Source of the DNA: Squalus acanthias
Lineage: Eukaryota
Reading direction: 5' to 3'
Length of the DNA stretch: 64,000 bases
Assembly (NCBI GenBank): GCA_030390025.1
Contig: CM059446.1
Location: forward strand, 60,760,001-60,824,000
Shown piece by piece: positions 38,371 to 50,719 of this stretch (the stretch's first letter is position 1; the number at the start of each line of letters is the position of its first letter). The notes beneath the pieces are model-generated. The model did not search any database. It was given only the letters and a program-made list of their open reading frames with translations, and was not told the DNA's origin. The position numbers were made by a program, and so were the translations under genes.

Positions 38371-39318
38371 TAAAGAACGCACTTAGCAGAGAAGTGCTGC
38401 TTGTTTTGTTTCTGTTTTCCCCCTGCCAAAGTAACCCCAATTAAATTTTAGTGTAACTTTAAATCAGTAATTTTCCCCCCCATTGATTTAAATGGTTATG
38501 GGGCATCTAACACATTCCCTGCACTCCTTTGTTTTTGTCTCCCTTATCCCGAGTGTTTGGTTTGTGATCCTGAATGGTATACGAGCTGGTACCTGGTACT
38601 GTGCTCACACTCTTCGATTCGAAGGGGAGTGCTCTCACTGGCAGACAATGATTCTGCGACTGTCAGTTTCACTCCCCGATATAACTGGCTTTTCACCCAT
38701 AGAAACAACAGCAAAACTGTCCCACATTTTCATGGATCTTGAAATCTGCCATCAAATTAAGTACCTCCTGCTGTAGGTTGCTAAATGCATGATACAAGCA
38801 CACTGGCGCACTGAGGGATGCCTTGGGCCCACTTGTTCCAGTAGTGAGAAATATAGCTCCTGCAAGTTTCAAATTTCCTGCCCTAAATAAATTCAATGCC
38901 TAAGATAAATAGGTTGCTTTATCATGACCATATATTTATAAATTACATGCCAAAGATAAAGTATGCTAAAGACATACGAGACAGAGCAGGATTACATGAG
39001 CAGCTCTCTCAATTTTGACTCACTGAATCCAATATTAGACAATCTACAATTCTTAGGTATTTTTGGAATTTACTATTGACACCACACTCTGCTTAAGATA
39101 CAATGCTGTTGTTTCTCACCACATGTGATATCCAGCAGATGTCCATGTAATTAAACTAAGCTTTCAAAACCTTCAGGTGATGTAGCCTTTGGCCAGACAG
39201 TATTACATGGTGTGCCTTGCACCTCTGTAACTGGGGGGGGAAATGTATTGCAGGTAATTTCTTCACTGCATTTCCCTGAAAGATTTCTTACTGACGGAAG
39301 CTGTGTTTTCCACTCTAG

Positions 39319-39450
<132 letters not shown>

Positions 39451-40379
39451 TGACCCTCTACACGTTCACCGACACTTTTTGTGTTGCTTTTTTATTGTAA
39501 CATTTTATTATTCTCCCCTCGCCGTTATTTTTCCTTGCCATGCACTTTCCAAGCCAGTGAGCTGCTTTTAGCCTCTGCCAGTGATGCTCTTTAGCAAGCT
39601 GCAAGCAAGTATGTTGGGCCGACGCAGGGCGGGGGGGGGGGTAACATCATTCTGAATGTTCCCGCCCTCTGGAAAAGGGCTCGGTATCTGCTTGGTACCT
39701 CGGTGAGGTCATTGAAACTGTGGTGTGAATGCTGCAAACATTTAACTCTGGTTTCAATGTAACGGATCCAAAATAATCTGACCACCTATGTTAAATCAGT
39801 AATGTACTGTTAAATTCTTACTGTTTTTTTGTAAAGCAACTCCCTTATTAACGTGAATATCAGCCTTGTACAATTTCTTGCTTTAATGATTTATAGCGTG
39901 GAAGAAAACCCAGCTTTCTCTAGTTTTTAGAATTACAGTGATGACTATGTTGGATCAGTTTACAAGTTGAGTCAGTGACTTGTGTGATTGGTTTGTTAAT
40001 AAAGCTTCCATCAAGTTTGCAATTTGCAAAACCTCATGTCGAAGTACAACCGATTCAGCAGAGTTTACTGTGGACAGCATTGAGAATTTCTTGAGAAATT
40101 CCCCAGGTCTTGTTCGCAGGAAATTGATGCCCAGCCCCTGTACAAATACAAAACATAGAAATTTAAATGACTAACCCTGCCTGCCCTCAGCCATGAGACA
40201 TTGAGCTGAACCATAGAAGGAAGGAGGCCATTTGGTTCATCGCCTGTACATCAGCTCTTTGCCGGAGCAATACAAAACCAGTCCCACTGCTCCATGCTCT
40301 CCCCATACTCCAATAACTGAAGTTAAATTATAAAATTGCAAGAACATTTCCTTTCTCTCCATCTAATTTTTACTGCTTT

Positions 40380-40720
40380 TTTTCCCCCTCCTCTCCTAAA
40401 GACGTACTTGGGTTTGTTTCCACGGGAGCTGACACCTGTACCTATCTCGCTGGTACCTTTTCCTCAAGTAGAAGCGTAGATAGAGTTGGGGGGGCTATTC
40501 CACCAAAGGGGTATCAGAGCCAAGCTTAGCCTCACTCATTCATACAGGCACAGTTTCAGCAGGGTTACCAGTTAAGAAAATGGAATGGGAACCGTTGGCT
40601 GTCTTATTTCCCCCATCCTGAGCACAGGAAAACAGAGCTGAGTTGCCGAACCTTCACCAATCCCCACCAATTGAAATTGGCTAATTCAGCACAGATCAAG
40701 GCTGAAATCCAAGACTTTAC
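40380..40720 (-). mobile_element. AmnSINE2-like SINE copy
   Basis: ggctaattcagcacagatcaagg at ~40679-40701 is the reverse complement of the family head; gggaaccgttggctg and cagcaggggttacc-like internal motifs. Confidence 0.55.
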
Positions 40721-40722
40721 CA

Positions 40723-40841
40723 GTTTGTCTCACTCTGTACCCTGCCACTCCTGGTCTGTCTCACTCTGTACCCCACCATTCCCGGTCTGTTTCACTCTGT
40801 ACCCCACCATTCCCAGTCTGTCTCACTCTGTACCCCACCAT
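40723..40841 (+). repeat. 31-bp minisatellite, about 3.8 copies (gtctgtctcactctgtaccccaccattccc[g/a])
   Basis: Direct inspection. Confidence 0.85.
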
Positions 40842-41519
40842 GAATGTAATTGGTCACCGATTGAGTTACTGTGCTTGCAACCTCCTTAGCCAAATATCCT
40901 TTCTTTGTTTAAATTCTCTTATTCAGTGTTACTGTATGGAATGAAACATAATCATTTCTAAAAATTTCACGTTAAATAATTTTACTGTGCAAATGTACAG
41001 CTGGATAGTATTTTATACAGATAATGATTTAAAATGAACCTTATTCAACTTCTACCCATCAGCTTGGGTCTGATGAATATTAATTGACTCACTAGTGATC
41101 CATGGTGCCAGTGACTCAAATGGGAACGGAAAGGGATTGAGCTGTTTTATATTCATTAGATGTGTAATGGAGCGTGGACACGACAGTACAAGAATGCATC
41201 TCTTTTTCAGAGAGGTGTGTGATTTCTGAATTGCACGTGATCAAGCGACAATATGAGCAATAGCTTTACTGGGTAAATTCTTCGATTCCCCTCAATTAAT
41301 GCACATTTCTATATTGCTTCCAAAGGCAACATCTTTAAGGGCTTCTGCCATATGTACGCTTTCTGTAAATTACACAGTGCAGTACTAGAACAAAGGTGTT
41401 GATTTGTTTTTCATTCCTTTATTAGTCCCCCACTTCACATCAGCATGTTGTGTCAGTGATATAGTTGATCATTTTGATGTCTATATATATTTCTGTCTGC
41501 ATCATCTTTTCCCCTTGCC

Positions 41520-42240
41520 ACAAACTCTGTGCACTTGCCATTGATTCCATCCTCCTCCTCGGCACTGACTCAGACAGAACCAGACTGTTTGCAGCTTTGG
41601 CATCCTATTCAACCCTGACCCCATGATAAAGACTGCCGACTTCCACCTCCGTAACATCACCTTCCCTCCACCCTGACTTCAGCCCTTCTGCCGCTGAAAC
41701 CCTTATCCATGTCTTTGTCATTCCAGACTATGCCAATTCTCTCCCATTCTCCATAAACACCAACTCATCCAAAATCCTGCTGTTGGTATTCTATCCCGCG
41801 CCAAGTCCCATTCGCCCAGCACCCCTCTCCTCGCTGACCTACATTGTCTCCCGGATGCCAATGCTTCAAATTAAAAATTCTCATGTTGTGTTCAAATCCC
41901 TCTGTGGCCTCAACCTTTTCTATCTATGTAATCTCCTCCAGCCCTACAATCCCCCCACCAATCCCATTCCTTTGAATCTGGTTTCTTGTGCATGTCCCCC
42001 ACCCCCCCTTTTGCCCCAACATTGACAGCCTAGATGCCGCGCTCTAAGATTTCCTTATTAAACTCCTCTGCCTCTCCACCTACCTTTCCTCATTTCAGCC
42101 CCTATTTAAAATGCATCTCTTTGACCAAGCTTTTGGTCCCCCTCCTAATATCTCCTCTTTTGGCTTGGCATCCATTTTTTTGATTACACCTCTTTGAAGC
42201 ACTTTGGGATGTCTTTCAATATAAATGCAAGTTGTTGTGC
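41520..42240 (+). mobile_element. Degenerate L2 LINE 3' fragment
   Basis: ttccacctccgtaacatc, ctgccgctgaaacccttatccatg, ctctttgaccaagcttttgg, and tail gaagcactttgggatg...tataaatgcaagttgttgt. Confidence 0.8.
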
Positions 42241-42747
42241 ATTAAATATAATAAAAATGGTACTTCTCGTGCACATGTCCATCATGTTTTGCTTGTCACA
42301 CTGCAGATTTCTGTCATAAGGTGTCATTTGGATTGTACAAGCACCCCCCTGCAATTGAGGTTGACACAGGAGCCTGGATGTCTGTAATTCCTGACTGACT
42401 TTACCAATCACATTTAAAAATAAATAAAGAGAACCAGGCTTCTGACCTGCAGCCTGACGAGCAATTAAACTCTAACCTCGCCCAGTTTCACTTAACAACT
42501 AGACTTTGTGTCCTCAAAAGGAGACAGCTTCACCTTAGCAAAAAGTAAATAAATTGTGTATTACACGGTACAGCACTCCTGTCCTTATAAAACAGCGCAT
42601 CATCTGATTTACCACGAGCTAAAATTGAACTGCTACGCTGCTTTGGCTCCATCGCCAGGATAGCGAGTCTCGTGTGTCCGGTGTTTTGTAGGTTTTATCT
42701 TTGGTTTGGCGGTGGGCTGACAGTGGATCTCAATTGATTTTCCACAG

Positions 42748-42895
42748 GCTGTTTTAGAGAGTACTTGGCCATCGAGCAACAGAGGCGGATACTTTCTATG
42801 GATGAAGATAAGGAATGTTGTGCTCGCAACAGCTCAGTTCCGCAGGGCTTTGAAAAAGGCCCCAGCTAACCCACCGCAGACTCCGGTGCTCTCGG
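42748..42895 (+). CDS. DENND4A: DENND4A exon ([49 protein letters not shown]), phase 0-1
   Basis: Acceptor tccacag| and donor G|gtagga; AVLES.WP and W.K.RNVV motifs. Confidence 0.94.
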
Positions 42896-44639
42896 GTAGG
42901 ACTCAAAGTTAGCATTGGGCAAAAATTGTGCAATTCAGAAAGCATTTCCTGTTCAGCTAATCTATGCAGGAGGCACATTCAATCATGTAGCTGATAAAGT
43001 TGGTAAATTTAGTTGAGAGATTGCAGTGTTTCCCTTTGGCATCCTCTAGGGGTTTGTAAACCGAATGATTCTAGTTGTACTTCTCGGTTTGCGAGAAGAG
43101 TTTTTTTTTAAACCGTAGTTTATTTTGAGAGATCTAATAAAGGATACAGGAAGAAACATTTTTCAAATGATGTCTAAAATTGTTTCGGCATATTGCCTTA
43201 ATTGTTGAACTGGTTTACTATTAATTCTAGCAATACTGTCACTTTCAATGTAATAAGATGTAAAACTCCATCTTGTATTTAAATACCTTTTGCTTCCTGC
43301 CACAAAAGCTTGATGTGTCACACAGCAGGAACGTACAATTATGTTAGCGTGGGCAGGAGGCCTTCTGCTGCCACTGCCACACTCAATGAGATCAGCTAAT
43401 TCAGCACAGACTGTGAATCAAACCTGGCACGTTGTGCTTCATGTGTGTAGTCTGATGAAGGCAGAGTGGAACTGACCCATGGGGGCGGGGCGGGGAGCCC
43501 CCTATGTTGATGCTTTAGTTTGAGATGGAACAGGCAGTTGGCATGTCCACATAGGGGGCCAATACTGTTGGGAAGAGTACAGATGTTTCACAACCTGATG
43601 TACTGCAGACTGTGTAAAGGGCATTTAACAGGTATCATTATCAGGTGTAATGTGCTTCTATTTAATTTTGATGTGGAGTATTCTGTACTCATTAAGCTTT
43701 TTACAGCTGACCTGTTTTAATTTTTTTTTAAGTTGCTATTCCTGTAGCTGGAAATATTTTCATACTGAGTTAATATCCGTGAGAATCTCTTTGTGCAAAC
43801 CAAAAGTACTGTAGCTTCTGCATATTTCAATAAACACAGTTGGTCTTCAGTCCACATTTAGTGGGAATACTTTTCTGTCAGGGATACATCGCAATATCTG
43901 CGCTGCTGGCTGCACCTCGCACTCTGCCCGGCAACAGAGCAGCATCAACCTGGTTCAATCGTCTGGGAGAGAAGAGGTTGGAGCTGTTTAGGAGTTGTAC
44001 TCCACCCAGACTGAATCTCAGGTGATGGTCTTGTACCTCTTATCTACAGATCACTCACCTGACTTACACTGTCGATTTCACATAGATTTGCATCTGAAAC
44101 CACGGCAGTATTATAATGACACAGTAAGAGGGCACTGGAAGAGCAAATGCTGTTTTGCAGATTGAATTAATGTTACAGATGCTCTGTTCTCGTGCAAAAC
44201 TGAAGTATTGATCGATTTAACTTGAAAATATTCAGAGTAGGAATCTTGCATTCAGCAACCCCTTCATAAATCGGACCATGATGAAGCATTTACAGTTAAC
44301 GTCAGGGTTCATTTTGTTTTTAAAAATTTTTTTTAAATTTAAATGGTGATTGCTGATCTAATTGGAGAACAGTTGGGAAGAGCTGAACTAATGTCAATAG
44401 ATGGTCTTCAGGGTGTTTCAGCCATGATTTCATTTACACCATGTATGTTGATCCAGTTTTCCAAGCCCTTGAGTCCAATAATTCCTACAAGCCATTTGTT
44501 ATTTTTTCAAAATGTCATTTTTTTTTTAAGTTGGGGGAGAGGGATTGATTTAAAAGGATATTGAAGTAAATCACAAATTTGGAATTTTGAAAAGGGTTCT
44601 TATTGAGGAGACTCCTTTGAAATGGATTGTTGTGGTTCC

Positions 44640-45030
44640 CTTACGGCTCAACAAATTTAGCCAATAAGTACAATACTGACCAAGAGGGTACAGGTTTGAT
44701 TCCCAGTTTGAGTTAGCTGATCTTTGCTGGAGTGCCAATAGGGATGGGAAGCATTGGGGCTCAGTGCTCCTGGCTCAAGGAGAGGAATAACAACCATGGT
44801 TACCAGTCCAATCACTATCCCGCAAACCTTTCTGGGAGTGAGCATGTGTGGATTTCTGGTGGGACGGACAGGGTGTCAGGCTCAGCTTTGATGCAGCCTC
44901 ACCCACTGTCGAATAGCATGCTAACACTCGCCGTCAATGCAAACACCGGAATAATGGCAGCTTGTGCCAGCTACTGAGCCACCCATGGGATGATGGCTTT
45001 AGGAGGGATGGGAAGAAAATTGACTAGAAA
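44640..45030 (+). mobile_element. AmnSINE2-like SINE copy
   Basis: caggtttgattcccagtttgagttagctgatct...ctcagtgctcctggct...gacagggtgtcaggctcagctttgatg...gtcgaatagcatgctaacactc. Confidence 0.65.
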
Positions 45031-45082
45031 TAAATAGCTGGTTCCCAGTGACTTGTTCTAATCTGTTCTGTTCTCTAAGCAG

Positions 45083-45211
45083 ATGGCAGTGACCTGGATG
45101 CCGTTAGCCACGGCAGCATGGATAGCTCTAATGACACTAACACTGCGGAGCAACCCCAGTTCAGCTCTGAGCTAATGAAAGTAGATTCCACTGATGATAG
45201 ATCTAGTACAG
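45083..45211 (+). CDS. DENND4A: DENND4A exon ([43 protein letters not shown]), phase 1-1, 129 nt
   Basis: Tandem acceptor ctaag/cag| and donor G|gtacat; D.SD.D.VSHGS.DS and DDRSSTG motifs. Confidence 0.9.
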
Positions 45212-45445
45212 GTACATTTAACGGTGTCACCAAAATCTGTCGACTCAAACTTCTCTTATCTTTTGTTTTGTTCATTGCTTTTTGCTGTCCCCTCTCTCTG
45301 TGTGCCTGTGTGTGATTATCTGCTTGTATCCATCTTACATGGCTTTTGGTTTCCTGCTCATCATGATGACCTCTTCCCTTCCATATTTCCCTTTACTTTC
45401 ATCCACCATCTTGCCTACCCTTGTGTGTCTGTTCACTGCAAGCAG

Positions 45446-45562
45446 CTAGGCTTGGCTCTAGCTCGAGCTATGGATATGGCAGTCAGGAGTCCTTGTATGA
45501 AAGAGTTCCATATCTCACTCTCTGGATTTCCTCTGAACTGAAGGATGTCCGTGTGTTTTCAG
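45446..45562 (+). CDS. Candidate cassette exon of DENND4A (ARLGSSSSYGYGSQESLYERVPYLTLWISSELKDVRVFS), phase 1-1, 117 nt
   Basis: Long pyrimidine tract (45370-45437), acceptor aag/cag|, strong donor CAG|gtaatt. Open in the phase-1 frame; length is divisible by 3. Confidence 0.55.
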
Positions 45563-48106
45563 GTAATTGTCTAATGCCCAGTGTGTTTTCTCTGCCCTTT
45601 TTGTTTCCTGTTTCTGTTCTGACTGATTCCCTCATAACTTTTAGTTTTCTTATTGTTCCTGTCATTTGTTCTAGATGTGATCTGTATATAAAGAAAATTG
45701 CAGGATGTTTTTCCATTCTACAGTGCTGGAATATATTCAAAATAACTCTAGGTAGCAGTAGCAATGCAGTAAAAGCCTGGTACCCTGATGGTGCAGGACG
45801 CGATTCACTTCATTTTAGTGAATTGAACATTTCTCTAAAGTGCATTCTGATCCTGAGGGGATGCCACACTCCCAGATGTCTGACAGGCTTCCTCTGTCAC
45901 CAGACACTGGATGCATACAAGCTGTCCAGAGTGATTTTTCCCTCTTGTTTTTCCTCTCCTTCCACCCCACCCTGTGGGGGAGGGGCTGTTGCATTAATTT
46001 AGTGCTTCCCCTGGATTGTGAATTTATCGAGTCATAAGCTCGCAGTGCGGTAGGTCGGTATGTGAATCACTATTTTATATCCGAGAGAGTGCAATTCAGA
46101 CTCCACACTCTCCTTTAATTTCCTCTCTGATCTGCATGTGCCACTGCACTCACAGATGTTAACTGAATAATTTACTGGTGTTAAGTTAATTTATATTGCT
46201 AAAGATAAACATTTCAACATGTTTACAATCTGATTTGCATGCAGTCCCCTTCTATAAAACATTTTGCATAAAATTTTCTACCAAATGACACAGTTGAAAG
46301 TTATAGAAAACAATCTGAAGGCATTTGTGGGTCCATTTCTCTCCCTATCCTTTTTCTCAAAGATTGTGAATAACTTGCAGGATTATTTGCTTTGAATGAT
46401 TGTAATTACTGCAAAAAGTGAGAAATAGGATGGAACAAATTTCTGAACAAACATTCAGAGTGCACATTTGAATCTTGCTCTGCGTGTATGTAACGGCACT
46501 AATTCCTACTCCATTGATTCTAGCAGCAACTCGCAAGTAAATATTCAAACTGGTCCACATTAGTTGACGTCCTCTGTATTTAAAGGCTTTCTTTCTCTGC
46601 AAAGGCCATGTTTGCCAGTGATGGCTTTCATCTGCTTGTTAAAGCCTGTGGCCAACATAAGCCTGAAACTTAATTTGTTTAACCTCTGTATTGTAGTTTA
46701 CTTTTTTTTGCTTGTCTCATTTTCAATGCTTGATTAGAGATGTGTGTGTATTTTGGGCTTGTGCCATCACACTGTTTCTGAACTGGTTCCTGATCATGTG
46801 ATGATTAAAGCAATTCTTCACTTGATGTTGAAGTCGTAATGTCCCTTTGTAATACTGACATTGTAAATTGTTTTCATCTATTAGACCTTTTTTTTGTAAA
46901 TAAAAGCAAATACCCCGCCGAGAGGTAGGATGCAGATTTGTGCCCAAGGTTCATGACAGGCTGAAAATCTGGTGTCTCGGCTGTGAGAGACGTGGAAGCA
47001 GAGCCCAGCCACTTCGACACAGTAAGAAGGACGTGGGAGAAAGTGTCACTCCAATGCTGACGTGGTCCACCTCCTAGTGGCTAGTTCAAGAAATTACATG
47101 GACCATGCTTCGGGAATAAGTCAATTCCTCGATCAGCGTAGGGCAGGAATGTGGGGGCGAATATTAGAAATTACTGTCTGTTTCTTTGTCTTCTGACATG
47201 AGATTGTAGTTTGCCATAAGAATTATTTGTTCTTGTGACGGAGAATAGGTGTGTGGGTAAATTGCTCAAGATAAAACTCATCACAGCCCAGTATGTGCAA
47301 AATTTGTTGTAACAATAACTGCTCCACTCACTGAAGATTGCTGACATTGCTCATTAAGCCTATCAGCATTGTCTGAGCTCTCCCCTTGTGCAATGACTCA
47401 ATATTACAACTATATTAAGTTTTAAAAAGTGATCATCCTTTGTTTCATTTAAAATTCACAAATGCCTTTGCATCTAGTTACGACTCATTGCATTGGTTCT
47501 GTCTATTACTCATGCTACCGTGCTCGAAGGTGATGTGGGTTCCTGGGATTGCTGGTTGCTGAGGAGCTGAAATGTGTAAAAGGACTGCCTGCCGAGAGAG
47601 GAGTTCTGTATTGATCTAACGTTTTGTTTCAGGTCAGCGCTGAATTTTGGGGGAATATGGACTCGGAAACCAGGATTTCCACATCATCTTCAAATGCTGT
47701 AGCAGCTGGACCTGACTCCAAGCCCCCTCAGCCCCATCCCTCATTCAGACTCCTCTCCTGCTTACGGTGGCTGAGATTTACTCTTTTTCAGCTGCCTGTC
47801 CCCTTCTGCCCGATCACTTCATTCAGAGAGAGGGAGGAAATCTGGAACGGGTTGCTCTTCCTTCTAAAATGTGTCTCACATAACATTCAGCAGCCAGACC
47901 TCCCCGTGCTAGCTTCAGAAGGAGACAGGGTGCAGTCAGCTAAAAGTGACACTTCGAAGAGGGAGTGTGACCGAGCAAGGGGAGGAAACTTCAAAACAAA
48001 AATTGTTCAACGTTACAAAAGTATACAAGTGTTTTAAAGAAATACTTATCTGTAAGGGTATTTCCTTATTGCCGTAACGATGTATTGTTATTGTTTTTTG
48101 TCTCAG

Positions 48107-48250
48107 GTGCACAGTCAGATCTTGGATATAACTCCTTATCAAAAGAAGAAGTTAGACGAGGAGAAGTGTCTTCAGCCCTTGGACCTGAGCAGTCTGCTGT
48201 GGGTCAACCAATGGACAAGGATGACAAGAAAGAGAGCGACTCCAGTTCAT
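48107..48250 (+). CDS. DENND4A: DENND4A exon ([20 protein letters not shown]...DKKESDSSS), phase 1-1
   Basis: Acceptor tctcag|; QSD.GY.SLSK.EVRRG motif. The donor CAT|gtacat is weak but gives SSS-L-SESES with the next exon. Confidence 0.88.
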
Positions 48251-49200
48251 GTACATCCTCCCCTCTTGTGGTTTCTACATATTTGTAAAGAGAATTGTTG
48301 TGCGTGACTGGGATATCTGCAATAAGTTGGATTGAAGGGAGATTTGTTTGTGTATTATTATGCAGCCAGCCAGGAATTTCTTACTGAAATTCCATGAAGC
48401 TCATGCAAAAAACAGTGTTTGAAATGTCGAGTTCATTTCTTCACGTTTGAAAGGTGTACTAGACTTACAGAAATGTTGTAAAAATCTGTGGATGGAATAG
48501 TACCTGGGAGCTGGTGCAGTGGTGGGGGGAGAGGGGCTTAATAAATGTCAGCCTCCTCCAACATGTATCAGAAATAACTAAGCAACTAGTTTCTAAAATG
48601 AATTTGGTTTTCATTTCTGAGTATCTTGACATCCAGGGACTTGGGAGAGGAGGACCGAGTCAAATAGAAAGTAAGAGCTCTAGAGATTATCAAGTTAGTT
48701 TGATCAAAATATTCAGATTGTTCCTACATACCTGAGAATGATCACAAGACAACAGTCAAAAAACGCTGGGTTTATTTGAGACCTTAAACCACAAGATTGT
48801 AACTCGAGAACTTTAGAACTATAACCTAAACCACAAGATTAGATTACAGCTTTCAGACTGCTCCGAGTTGTCAGTTGATTTTGATAAGCTGTTTTGATTT
48901 AATTGTATAGGGTGATATTCAATTTCTTTGATAAAAGCTGACCACGTGAACGCCAGCTTTTAGCGTGCTCCATGTCGTGAATGTCTGATCATGCCCGCAT
49001 GATCAGACATGCCTCGTTTGGTAAAGTTAGTGTGCAACTAGACTATACAGGCTTCAAGGTCCCCTCGGCTGTGCTGAGGTTGCTGATTTCAGCCTGGGTG
49101 ATAGTAGGGTCGCTTCAGTTGGCCTGAGCTCCCCCTGGGTTAGAGAAGGAAAAAACACGCAGTCCTGATCGCTATCCACTAATCCCTGCTGGAAGTTTAT

Positions 49201-49322
49201 GATGCGGAGATGCCGGTGTTGGACTGGGGTGGACAAAAGTGAGAAGTCGCACAACACCAGGTTATAGTCCAACAGTTTTATTTGAAATCACAAGCTTTCG
49301 GAGCGCTGCTCCTTTGTCAGGT
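49201..49322 (-). mobile_element. 122-bp Penelope-type tail insertion flanked by the 9-bp TSD GAAGTTTAT
   Basis: GAAGTTTAT at 49192-49200 and 49323-49331; the insert interrupts a SINE and begins with a hammerhead motif. Confidence 0.75.
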
Positions 49323-49324
49323 GA
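49288..49324 (-). ncRNA. Minimal hammerhead ribozyme motif with a core mutation (CUGACAA), probably inactive
   Basis: Minus strand: UCAC-CUGACAA-A-[GGAGC agc GCUCC]-GAAA-GCUU-GUGA. Stem I UCAC/GUGA and palindromic stem III AAGCUU; the G8>A change fits CpG decay. Confidence 0.65.
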
Positions 49325-49624
49325 AGTTTATAGTCTATGGACATTGGATGAGGACAGAATTGGTGAATGACCAACTAAAACTCGCTGGCTATGCATGCAG
49401 AAAGTTTGGCCATGGGGTACACTGGCATGCGGTGCAGGGTGTGTGATGCCAGGGGGCCTCTGGAAGAGTGAATGCCTTCAGGAGGAGAAGGGGAGAGAAT
49501 CAGTTTAAAAAGATGTAAAGTCATTATTGCAGTGCTATCAATTCAAATCTAAGGCAATTGTTTAGTTGTTGATGATTACCCTATAGTTAATTATTCATTG
49601 ATTTGTTTCTTGCATTGCTTACAG

Positions 49625-49780
49625 TATCAGAGAGTGAAAGTGCCAAGGGCAGTGGAGATTGTCTGTCCCAGTTGGATTTTCAAGGAACCAGAAGTGACTT
49701 AAAATCTGTGACCAGCATCGTGAAGATGAACTGCAGCTTTGAGACTGCTGAACCAAACCAGGCCACTGAGGAAAGCAACG
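49625..49780 (+). CDS. DENND4A: DENND4A exon (SESESAKGSGDCLSQLDFQGTRSDLKSVTSIVKMNCSFETAEPNQATEESN), phase 1-1
   Basis: Acceptor cttacag| and donor G|gtgtgt; SESES.KGS.DCL motif. Confidence 0.88.
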
Positions 49781-50719
49781 GTGTGTAATCCCGTAACACA
49801 TTTCATATCTCAGAGCAGGACTTAAAGCTTATCGTTCTCTGCTGCTCTTACATATTCCCAAACCCTTCAATAATTAGATGCTCCTGTGCACCTACAGGAT
49901 TTAATTGTGTGCTGAAAAGGGTTTAAAATTAAAGAAATGCTGTGTGATTTTGTGTGTGGAAATTATAAAGGACACCAGGGGAGCAATCTGCACTTCGGTT
50001 AGCTGTTTTTGGAGATTATAAAAATCCCTCGTTCGAGTTTGGCTGGGTGGTAAAATCATCTGAATCCACCTCTTACTTTTGGAAAGGTCATAAGTGAAGT
50101 GAGACTGGACATGAGTTTCAGCACAAAACTTGCTGTCATTTATCAGTAGTTGGCACTGAGTTGGCAGCCATGTCTTCAAGGGATAGGGTGTTGTGTGAAA
50201 AAGGGAAAATTCCCACTACTCCAGTAGGTTATGCTTTCTGGAGTTGGAGGTAAGGAACATTAATGGTACAATGTGGAAGTTATACTCTGCACCCAGCCTG
50301 TGTAACACTTGATCCGAGGGTGCTAAGAACAGCAAAATGTCACCCCTCCCCCTCGTTCTGATGAGAAATGGGTAATTTTTTAACACAAAATGTTTAGTAA
50401 AGTGCACTTTTAATTCAACAGTGTGCTGTTGTGCAAGTCTCTCATCCTTTGTGGTAGGGATACGGAGGCTGAGCATAATGCCTTGTGAGTAATGCTTCAG
50501 CACTGCGGGTGTGATTACATCAGACAAGCCGTCACTCCTCACTGCAATAGAGAAAACAGCGGAGCAAGAGAGTCCTGTATCTCGGTTTACCTGTTAAAGA
50601 TCTGGTGCTGGCACAGTAAGAGTGCAGAATTATTTTGAGACTGGCCTCAAATGCTATGATAGATATTTTATATCCCGTTTATGTTGCTAAGCCACGGAAT
50701 GCAACTGCGCTTGTGAACC

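Larger units (their letters stand above)
49040..49505 (+). mobile_element. AmnSINE2-like SINE copy interrupted by a 122-bp PLE-tail insertion
   Basis: catacag-like head, aaggtccc...ctgtgctgaggttgctgatttcagcc, tcctgatcgctatccactaatccctgctggaag; after the insert it continues ggacattggatgaggacag...gccttcaggaggagaagggg. Confidence 0.7.

Noticed and set aside
43451-43480. CTGATGA strings at ~43452, ~7347 and ~41070 as further hammerheads
   Set aside because: None has a stem II followed by GAAA plus a stem I partner.
47633-48037. Strong-looking acceptor (ctaac...gttttgtttcag) and a 137-aa ORF
   Set aside because: The ORF is phase 0 while the intron is phase 1, the required frame stops after 3 codons, and I found no clear donor or homology.
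48251-48260. Possible U12-type donor (gtacatcctc)
   Set aside because: It does not match GTATCCTT, and there is no TCCTTAAC branch site before the next acceptor.
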